Part shown: one piece after another, positions 23,255 through 32,240 of the stretch
Numbering within the stretch: position 1 is the stretch's first letter
Layout of the letters: every line of letters starts with the position of its first letter
Assembly: GCA_002811645.1 (NCBI GenBank)
Contig: PDIP01000190.1
Location: 1-40,207, forward strand
DNA from: Corallochytrium limacisporum Hawaii
Lineage: Eukaryota > Protista > Pluriformea
Direction of reading: 5' to 3'
Length of the DNA stretch: 40,207 nt
Notes under the pieces: generated by a model
What the model was told of the DNA's origin: nothing
Database searches by the model: none
Seen by the model: the letters and a program-made list of their open reading frames with translations, nothing else
Program-made: the position numbers and the translations under genes

Positions 23255-23934
23255 AAATTCTTTACTTTCATCCGAAAAACTACACAAGAAATAAAACACA
23301 TCATATTGACTCTGGTTCGCACATAATATGAAGCAGTTCACCACATCCGTTCTAGATGCAAACGGGAAGATGACATGATCGGCCAGTATGGATGCTGCTG
23401 GCCACGATGATGACATAAAGTGTTCGTCGTCATGGCCCCGAATTTGTGCAGTCAATTGGGGGAAGATGAAAAGGTTTCCGGATCCGTCTGAAGCATTGCG
23501 TGGGGCCCAGTTACCACCCCCTGGTATAATTTCGATTAATTCTATGAGTTTTGCGGGAAGCACACGCAAAGAGTTCGCCCATTCTGGATGTTTTCAGTAA
23601 AACACTGGAAAAATCAGCGTGACCAGGTGGTTAGAGGATGGGAATGCCCCCCTTAGCCTTTCCAATTGTGCAGTCAGCTTCGTTTGAACAGAAACGTGCT
23701 AGATAAAAAATGTTCTCTCAGAAGCCTCCATGTGAACCAAAATAGACCATACACAGCAACGCTCGTATGCATGTTCAGAACACCACAAAGAACTGGTAAG
23801 GAAAAGCTAAATGAGGTAGGTCACTACATCCGTGCAGTGAGGAAGTAGGCTTGATGGGTGGACATGATGGCCACTGGCCACAGAAGTTGACGCTGCTTCG
23901 TCATCATGACCTTACAAAACATCACGCAAGCGGC

Positions 23935-24549
23935 CTAGTCACACGAGGTGACAATGGTGTATATGCAAGAGAGCATGTAAGTCTCGTCAAACTGTACAGG
24001 TTCCATGAAGAAAAATGAAAGCCGCTCGCCGTCATAGTCTTCGGTAACAACGCTGTCAAGGAAGCTCATGTTTTCAACATGAATAAAGGGCTGGAAACCA
24101 TTACAAGTGTCATCGGCACCAAAACTGAAATCAAAAGTGTTCGCGTCATTGACATCCATGGGCTCGTCATTAAACCACATCAGGTCTTTTACGTAGTACT
24201 GGTTCTCGTCAGTCAAGTCCCACGGGTTGTCTCCGCTACTGACTTTCCCGTACAAGCCTGCCGGGTTGCCCATAACATAAAACAGTCGGCCGTCGTCGTT
24301 GGCGTCAAGGAAGTAGAGAAGACAGCCTACAGCCTGCCTATTAACGTACTTTATCTTGTCTTGCCCACAGATGTAAGTCGTCTGAGGACCGATGTGGATG
24401 CGCCCCAAGGCCGAAGAGACAGCAGGCATGCCGGTGAGTGCCCTCAGATGCTGATCCTTCGACATCTGGATGAGTTTCACATCCCCATTGTGTGGGCTGG
24501 CAGCCACAGCCGCAACCACACCGGTCAAAAAGAAGTTTTTAAACAACAT
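23935..24549 (-). CDS. Family B secreted protein B4 (204 aa; 5 Cys)
   Basis: Signal peptide MLFKNFFLTGVVAAVAA, IHIGPQ, C-x14-C, PMDVND, C-x7-C; box at -97. Confidence 0.92.
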   Translation of the reverse strand: MLFKNFFLTGVVAAVAASPHNGDVKLIQMSKDQHLRALTGMPAVSSALGRIHIGPQTTYICGQDKIKYVNRQAVGCLLYFLDANDDGRLFYVMGNPAGLYGKVSSGDNPWDLTDENQYYVKDLMWFNDEPMDVNDANTFDFSFGADDTCNGFQPFIHVENMSFLDSVVTEDYDGERLSFFFMEPVQFDETYMLSCIYTIVTSCD

Positions 24550-24637
24550 TTTTGCTTGGCTGACGGACAGGAAAGCTGTGCGTAGCTGATCGGTAAACCA
24601 GCACGACTCTTGGTCGCCTGATTAACACAACCGATCC

Positions 24638-24646
24638 AATAAATAC
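24638..24646 (-). promoter_or_regulatory. TATA-like box of B4
   Basis: GTATTTATT at -97. Confidence 0.72.
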
Positions 24647-26325
24647 CACCTTTATCCGCTTGGTTTCTTGTCGTTGGCATTGATTCCTGGGCACATCCTT
24701 CTATCAGTACTTTTAGTTACCGATTGGCCTGATGTATGAGCCCGCTACGGAGGCGACGGGGCACTGTCTGATCGCCACAAGCTACATTTCTCTTGTCGAC
24801 CTCCAAGGTACGAGAACACTAGACTCATTTAGTTGAGACGTTTGCTTTTCCCCTGATCCTTCGTATGGGCGAGTTACCAGTCTCACACAGTAGTACAACA
24901 GCACTTCTTTCATTATTCGAATGGCCCAGGATGCAAATGCGCCAGGAGCGTGAGCAAGATACCAATCCTTTGCGTTTGAGCCATGCGAATCATGTCCATG
25001 GGATACGAGTGGCCCTCTCGCCACACCGAACACATCGTGTGCTGTAGGTCGTCTGACGGTTTCCAACACGGTTTCCAAGCCGAAAAATAGCACACTGCCA
25101 ACCTCATCCAGTGTACGGTGTTGGGCAGCAGTAGGAAGCGGACACAAAGTCGTGCATAACCCTTTCACTTCTCAGCCAATTGATGTTTGGCATTTTCATC
25201 CACACCTCCCGCTGACCCCGAAACACCCTCCGGCCGGCGCCTCTCCCCGCGGGGGTGTGGCACCCTCCCCTCCCCCTTCTCCCCCACGTTCTTCTTGGAA
25301 TCAGGGACCATACGACAAACTCTCAAAGAGAACGGGGTGATTGGACTGGACCAGAGTTGCGTTTGGGATGTACGGTGGCGATCTTAGCAATCGAACACGG
25401 GGGAGGGGGGAGTTCGGTGGCGTATCAGATCCGGTCAGATGACCAAACCCCTGTGTGGAAGAGACCAGTGTCTGCACTTGTTTCAGGATGGCACCAAGGC
25501 AAACACTTTCAATATTCCAAGGGTGACACTCTGCAACGAGGGACTTCTTGCTGTGTACTCGGATTCCCGGGGAATCTCTGCTGGGAACGGAGATTACGTT
25601 AGGCTTGGCTCGGACTAGAGACCGTGTGGGCAACATGCAGCGGGCAGGCTACTTCCCTTCGCTGTCTCTTTGTCTGTTGTTCCTGTTGGATATTAAAGAC
25701 AATTGGAATATCGTATACTCTAAGGTCTTGTTAGGAAAGAGCTATCGATTTCTTGTATTTAATCACATTGAAGATGATCTGTGACGCATTGCGATGTCGG
25801 CTTTGCCTAGAATTAGATGGGGCTGTTGGATGCGCCCGGTCAGCTTCGCCAAACGAACAAGGGTGAATGTCAGAGCAAATAGAACCGCATTGCAACACAA
25901 TGGCGTGGCAACGTACGTTAAATCACCTACGAAAGCTCAGAGGGAATCCATGATCCTTGGGCAGATTGGTGGACACTCTACGCTGCCGAGTCGGTCATTA
26001 ACAACACGACAAGGGAGGGGCGGGCGAGAGGAGGTCCCCTACTACCTCCAAGGCCCCCTCCCCAGTGCCCCCACCCGCGGGGGGGAGGGGGGAAGTCCCG
26101 GAAGTCGGTCAAACTCCTGTGGTTTGACCGAAAGGTAACGGGCAGAGAGGGGAGCGGATGGATGATTGGCAAGGGCCCGCAAAACTTTGGAAAGCACGCT
26201 ACGTGCTATTGCCATCGGCGACATTGATGGTTGTCTGATATCGTGGTCTGACCAGTAAGCACTGTTTGGATCAGCATGGCTTAACATCAAGGCTTGTTTC
26301 AGCTCGTTTGCTTCGGATCCCCATA

Positions 26326-26336
26326 CTCGTATTTAA
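26326..26336 (+). promoter_or_regulatory. TATA-like box of A6
   Basis: CTCGTATTTAA at -101. Confidence 0.75.
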
Positions 26337-26429
26337 GCCAATTCGTATCTCCGTGGCTATGTGACTGATCTCATACAATAAGGCTGAACCGTACTGTCTG
26401 AACGATTCAATCATTGCTAGTTCGCGAAA

Positions 26430-27086
26430 ATGAACATCAAGATTGCTGTCCTTACTGCCGGTGCGGCTCTCTTCTCTGTTGTGTCGTCGACACCTCTGAG
26501 CTCACCGAAGATGGTTCGCGATGTCATTCTCAACACACCAGGCATTTTCAAGAACGACGCTGCTCGGCAGCAGTTCCTTGCCGGCGAGAATGATGACCTT
26601 TTCGAGACTAATTTGCTCTTGCTCGAACAAACCACTTTTGGAGTCGGTGGCTGCACTACGGCTAAGAAAGCCACGAATCCTTGTGCCACTTGCATGGTCT
26701 TCAGCCTGGAAGGAGAGAACAATGAGGTTGTCTTCAACAATGAAATAAAAATTGGTGGTGAATTCACTATTGCAGGAAAGACCACTGCTCTGCGCTACAA
26801 GGTACCAACACATGGCATAAGCCTAGACGACTACGACTGGTGCCCAGGCGGTGGTGGAAACCTCGATGGCGACATGGAATTCTCTATTTCCCTTGGTGAG
26901 GAACAAAAGGACCCTACCTTCAAGGTGACTAAAGATTTTCACGATTCGTTATGGGCGTTCCAGATCAATGAGACGGCGTTTTGGTATGGGACGCGCATTT
27001 TCTGGTACCGCTTGGGTGAACCTAAACTCTTACCTGACAACAAAAACTATTTGTGGTGCGGTTTTTTTGCACAGCCTAAGTGTTAA
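26430..27086 (+). CDS. Family A secreted protein A6 (218 aa; 6 Cys)
   Basis: Signal peptide, AARQQFL, QTTFG, C-x12-C, RIFWYR, LWCGFFAQPKC; box at -101. Confidence 0.92.
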   Translation: MNIKIAVLTAGAALFSVVSSTPLSSPKMVRDVILNTPGIFKNDAARQQFLAGENDDLFETNLLLLEQTTFGVGGCTTAKKATNPCATCMVFSLEGENNEVVFNNEIKIGGEFTIAGKTTALRYKVPTHGISLDDYDWCPGGGGNLDGDMEFSISLGEEQKDPTFKVTKDFHDSLWAFQINETAFWYGTRIFWYRLGEPKLLPDNKNYLWCGFFAQPKC

Positions 27087-27347
27087 GATGTAGCTGTGGT
27101 GTAGTTTCGAGGGAAATACGTCGCGTTCCTACTAACAAATCTACACAGTATAATACAGAATATTCTATACCCGCTTTGCTTCATCCCGACATTTTCGCCC
27201 AGCTCCGACTACAGCGTTAGAATCCGACACCTGCAAGCAGGATGTCGACTGCTACTTCGCCGACTGATGAAATTGAATGTCTAGCATGTATTATTTGCTG
27301 AGCGTAGTTGATGACTGCCGCGCAGTTGGATCATGTTGTGCAAATGC

Positions 27348-27971
27348 TTAGTCACACTGAGGAATAGCGGCGTAGACGCAGATGATGTCGTAATTGTTGT
27401 CATATGCGACAGGACCGAAGAAGTAACCAGCTGCCCGATCGTCTGCGCCGTAATTTTTGCCTGCGACAATGCTGCCAAGGTAACTGTGGTCCGTAACTGT
27501 GATGCCAGGTGCGCCACTGTCAACGTCACCCTCACCGGTAAGGGTCAAATTGAAAGTGTTTTCCTCGTTGATATTCATAGGGTCCATGCTATTCCAGTGC
27601 AAATCCACCCCGTTGTGGTTGGGTGGAAGTACCCACTCGTTATCTCCGCTCGTGAGCGTGCCTTGCACGTTTAGAGCATTGCGTTCTACGTACATCATTT
27701 GGTGGTTGCCATCGGGTTTGATATAGTAGATAGCACACTCAAGACCCTGTTCTGAAATGTAAGTTGCCTTGTCGCCACAATAGTAGGTCTTCTGGGTCCC
27801 GATAAAAACATCCTGGGCTTCTCCACCAACGACGGAAGCGATGGGAGACATCCCGGTGATTGCCTGCAGACGCTGATCCAGCATAGACCTGGCGAGTTCC
27901 TTAGCGCGAGGGGCTGGATTGGCCGCCACAGCGGCAACCAGACCAGTAAGGATGATTTGCTTGAATGACAT
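27348..27971 (-). CDS. Family B secreted protein B5 (207 aa; close paralogue of B2)
   Basis: Start set to ATG 27971 (MSFKQ); family motifs; box at -96. Confidence 0.93.
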   Translation of the reverse strand: MSFKQIILTGLVAAVAANPAPRAKELARSMLDQRLQAITGMSPIASVVGGEAQDVFIGTQKTYYCGDKATYISEQGLECAIYYIKPDGNHQMMYVERNALNVQGTLTSGDNEWVLPPNHNGVDLHWNSMDPMNINEENTFNLTLTGEGDVDSGAPGITVTDHSYLGSIVAGKNYGADDRAAGYFFGPVAYDNNYDIICVYAAIPQCD

Positions 27972-28058
27972 TGTCACTTGGGTAAGAAATAGGCCACTTT
28001 TTTTAACTTCTTGGCATAAGACTACGATTCAAGATCGCTTGATCAGTACAGTGGATCC

Positions 28059-28067
28059 AATAAATAC
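28059..28067 (-). promoter_or_regulatory. TATA-like box of B5
   Basis: GTATTTATT at -96. Confidence 0.72.
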
Positions 28068-29326
28068 CAGCAAACCCTCCTTCTTCCCATAGTATGTTTA
28101 CAGCCCCAGCAAACCCTGAACATATTACCGTTGCACTTGGATCCCTGTATGAAGGTCATCAAATGAGCATGTAGACACTAAATCGTCAACAGGTGTTCAA
28201 TCTGTGCCCAGATCGACAACTTCAATGGCTTGATCGTCACACGCCACCCGTTACCTTCCCCAGTGTCCTGGGTCCGCGCCCGTCTTTTCCCCCTCTGCCG
28301 GAGCGGCCTGTTCCCTCACAAGTGGCAATTAAACCCAGTACGGAACCGGTTGCTGTTCTCACAGGCGCGGGACTTTTTCGGTTGCCCGTTCGTCGGCGGT
28401 TGGGGCGGGCTTTGCATTCCCCGAAGGAGAAACACCAAGGCTCTTTTCTACCGGGAGAGCAGGTCATGAACCCCACGATAGGGAAGGAAAGAAGTGTAAG
28501 AAGGGATGGATGCACACGCACATGACCACGGACCATCCGAGGGTAGCGCTGCTTGTCCAATCTGTACAGGGTTGGTGTGGATGCAACATGACACACAAGG
28601 AAAATGTCCATGGTCGATCCGATCCTATGCCAATGGGCCCACTGTAGACAAACAATAATGAAACTGCGCTGAGTCAGTTTGGCCCAGATCTCTAATCTGA
28701 TGGACCCTATCGTTTTCGATACCAGCAGTATATGATTAGGTTCAGGAGCGCTCAACAGTAGTCCCCCATCGCGGTACCGTATCGAATTCCAATCGATTGT
28801 GTTCTAACGACCGGAAGAATGTCTGCACTGGCGTCCTTCACTCATTGTTGAAGGAAGCGGACTCCAAAGCAGATTGTGGTACCACACCTTGCGCAGCAAA
28901 TTGTTGCGTCACCGTTCGTCCGTCCCCTCACGTAGAGGTGAAGAGTGTCTTTTACCGCTATATCTTGGCTGTGTAGGACATATCTGCAGAGCATTTGCGT
29001 ACGAGCGCGAGAGCAGGTTATGGGGCACAAACAAAAAACTCGCCAGCTATTGCGAAGTCGTCCGTCTTGTTTTACATATGCGAGGCAAGAAAAGATACGT
29101 TTTTGGTCAACTACACATGATAGCCAGTCACCAGGACCTATTTTATTGGCCGCTCCGGAGAGGGAAGAGCGCTATTTTGGGAGGACTCGACCTGAGCAGA
29201 GCCCACGATCTATTTGGCCGCTCCGTCTACTTTGTTTGTAATAAAAAATGCTGCGCAAAATGCTAAACATACCTTATTTCTTTGCCATACCTCCGCCGCC
29301 CTACACAAGGACAGGTGGAGGACACA

Positions 29327-29950
29327 TCGTCACAGTCCCATTGTCTCGTCCGGGGGTAGGTTTACGAAATATCAGATCCGGCAAATCGGACAGAGGATGC
29401 ATGCTCTTTNNNNNNNNNNNNNNNNNNNNNNNNNNNNNNNNNNNNNGGTACTCGTCACAGTCCCATTGTCTCGTCCGGGGGTAGGTTTACGAAATATCAG
29501 ATCCGGCAAATCGGACAGAGGATGCATGCTCTTTTGGGATATACCAACAACTGGATACCACCAACAAACTGGCGCTTATAAAGCTTACCACTGTTTCAGG
29601 ATGGCCCAAAGGCATACTGCAATTTAATACTGAAGCAATGGCCAGCTGCCGCGAAGGTACACTTGCGCCGCGGTTGTTTTCAGAGGACCCAGTTGTCGGT
29701 TTTTTTTTTTGAAACGCAAGGTCATAGAACGATCCGCCCACCGGAGATAATCTGTNNNNNNNNNNNNNNNNNNNNNNNNNNNNNNNNNNNNNNNNNNNNN
29801 NNNNNNNNNNNNNNNNNNNNNNNNNNNNNNNNNNNNNNNNNNNNNNNNNNNNNNNNNNNNNNCCGCGGTTGTTTTCAGAGGACCCAGTTGTCGGTTTTTT
29901 TTTTTGAAACGCAAGGTCATAGAACGATCCGCCCACCGGAGATAATCTGT
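29327..29950. other. Gap-flanking duplicated contig ends (probable assembly artefact)
   Basis: 29327-29409 = 29452-29534 and 29668-29755 = 29863-29950, each across an N-gap; single copy in the paralogous 15510-15811. Confidence 0.85.
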
Positions 29951-30767
29951 TCGCGCGGGCAAATGCCCTGACTGTGATTTTTTTCAGTTCCATTCTTTCT
30001 TTGGATTCCAAGTGTCTGGATTCCAGTCGTTCTGGGTATGTTGAGTGGTTGTTTTCGAGTACATTGGGCGGCGGCCATGGTTCGGTGTCGAGTACCCCAC
30101 CCCGATGCACAGCATCGGACAACACGTGGTACATTGTATATTTGATCGTATGCAAGCAATCCCTGAATCGTAGACGTGCCTGCCTTTCACATTATGGNNN
30201 NNNNNNNNNNNNNNNNNNNNNNNNNNNNNNNNNNNNNNNNNNNNNNNNNNNNNNNNNNNNNNNNNNNNNNNNNNNNNNNNNNNNNNNNNNNNNNNNNNNN
30301 NNNNNNNNNNNNNNNNNNNNNNNNNNNNNNNNNNNNNNNNNNNNNAGAGCAGGAAAACTAACATAAAGCAGAACACTTGCGGCGGTTAAATTGATGCGGA
30401 GGTGGGTAGTTGACATGTACAGCACCTGGTACAGGGAGGCTGTTCTCTGGCTCCCTGGCTCCCTGGCTCCCCAGCACTGTGCGCAGGTGACTGATACAGA
30501 TGTCAAGTACGATTGTAATTAAGATCGAGAACGGAAATGGGGAAAGGTTGGTCGGGGGAAAGGACCTTTTGGCGATGGTCGTGCGCGGGAACTGTTGGTG
30601 GGTGAGGTTCTCATCGGCCCCTGGGAAAAGTGAGTTGCATACTATGGTCATCGGGACATTGATGGTTGTCTGATTCGCCGCCATCACGGTACGGGTGGCA
30701 AGCAATGTGTGCAGCTGCAAAGTTAAAGAAACAGGGATAGTGGTGTTGCGTGCTATCGTTGCCTGTG

Positions 30768-30778
30768 CTCGTATTTAA
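30768..30778 (+). promoter_or_regulatory. TATA-like box of A7
   Basis: CTCGTATTTAA at -100. Confidence 0.75.
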
Positions 30779-30870
30779 GCTCATCCACTTGTTTGATCAC
30801 CAAGAGTAGATCTTGATCCACAAGGCTGGGCTACGTTGTCTGGAACAATTCTATCATTTCTAGTTGCACC

Positions 30871-31548
30871 ATGAACTTCAAAATCGCTGTCCTAGCTGCT
30901 GCGGCAGCCGTTGCTTCTGCTGATCCTTCCGAAAATAGTGCTCCCCTGCGCATCCCCAAGATCATGCGCGACGCCATCGCCCAGAACACCGAAGCATTCG
31001 TGAGCGAGGAAGCTCGCCAGGAATTTTTGGCAGGTGAAGGAGATGAGGCTTCTGCGACCAACTTCTACTTCGGCGAGCAAGCCACATTTGGACAATATGG
31101 CTGCACTGAGGCTGATAAGGTCGATTGGATGAATGTCTTCTGTGGTGTCTACACATTAGAAGGTGACAACCAAGAACTTATTTTGTACAATGAATTCAAA
31201 ATCGGTGGCTATCTCAAAATGGGAGGCACGACTCTTGAGGTGCCGTACATGAAGACACGAGATAATTACTACGAATGGAACTTCAAAGAGACGATGATCC
31301 CACTTGACTGGGTCACGGACTTTACCTTCGCTATTGGTGAGGAAGGAAAGGCGCTTACGTTCGACGAAACCAAAGAATGGAACGAATCTTTGTTCGCTTA
31401 CCAGTTCCCAGGCAAATGGATATTTGAGAAACAGCGCATTTTCTGGTACCGCTACGGCTCTAAGACCTTGCGCGGACATGAGACAGAGGAAGACCAGCCG
31501 CAGTTGTGGTGCGCCTTTATGGCACAACCTAAGTGCAACAAAGTGTAA
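30871..31548 (+). CDS. Family A secreted protein A7 (225 aa; close paralogue of A4)
   Basis: Signal peptide and family motifs; box at -100; AATAAA at 31588. Confidence 0.93.
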   Translation: MNFKIAVLAAAAAVASADPSENSAPLRIPKIMRDAIAQNTEAFVSEEARQEFLAGEGDEASATNFYFGEQATFGQYGCTEADKVDWMNVFCGVYTLEGDNQELILYNEFKIGGYLKMGGTTLEVPYMKTRDNYYEWNFKETMIPLDWVTDFTFAIGEEGKALTFDETKEWNESLFAYQFPGKWIFEKQRIFWYRYGSKTLRGHETEEDQPQLWCAFMAQPKCNKV

Positions 31549-32240
31549 CTCGGCGTGGCTTTCGTGTGATGGACACAATAGCTCAAAAATAAATACACTT
31601 TTCGTTTTGACTACCCTCGAAGGGAGTAATACGTTTCGTCCATCATGTGGTCGAATATGATTTCAGGTTTAGAGCACGATGTAATATCACTTTGGTGATT
31701 CACACTTTGATTTGGTTTTGGGTGACTATTTGCCCTTCTCATAGTCGCGGTGTGCTCCATGAACTGACTGTACACGATACCCGCTGTGTAGCTCTGGGGG
31801 CTGAACAGTGATGGCAATTGAGGAGAAAGAAATAAGGGTGCTACCAAAACCTTTGGCCTCAAAACCACGAGTACACAAGTACAAGTCTCTATCTTAATAG
31901 CAGCAAAGATTTCTGCACTCGATACGTGAACGAGGCCGCCGGAACCGAAAAAGAGGTTCCGGTAACTCATAGCAGAACCAAACTCGTGTACAGCAACCAG
32001 GAAGGGGAGGAGAATGTAATCATTTCCGTTGGGCTGGATCCAGGCATGAACGCCTCGCACGGTTCAGATCTCAGATGATCTCGCCTGTGAACCAAGAATC
32101 GACGGCTGCTGGTTGACGACTACCTTTGGGTAAGTGAGTGCTAGCCTGCACCAAAACTTGTTAACGACTCTCAATGAATCGGCAATATGATGAGGAGTAG
32201 AAACATCCTGTGTAGTATGGTATCTGCGAATCGAGAGCCC

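Larger units (their letters stand above)
26992..31680 (+). repeat. Recent segmental duplication, copy of ~13040-17516
   Basis: Partner of the above; similarity ends about 130 bp after the A7 stop. Confidence 0.92.

Noticed and set aside
1909-29614. Dispersed conserved motifs as a CRISPR array or transposon ends
   Set aside because: Kilobase irregular spacing, one or two per gene pair, no cas, transposase or RT genes, no target-site duplications
29327-29950. 83-bp and 88-bp direct repeats
   Set aside because: Each pair straddles an N-gap and the paralogous region has one copy; assembly artefact
4409-31548. Naming A/B as a known antigen, toxin or lectin family, or naming the organism
   Set aside because: No diagnostic motif recognised; needs profile and structure searches that I cannot run
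31611-32060. 149-aa - strand ORF where a B gene might follow A7
   Set aside because: No ATG start, signal peptide or B motifs; its 3' end runs into the duplicated A 3' flank
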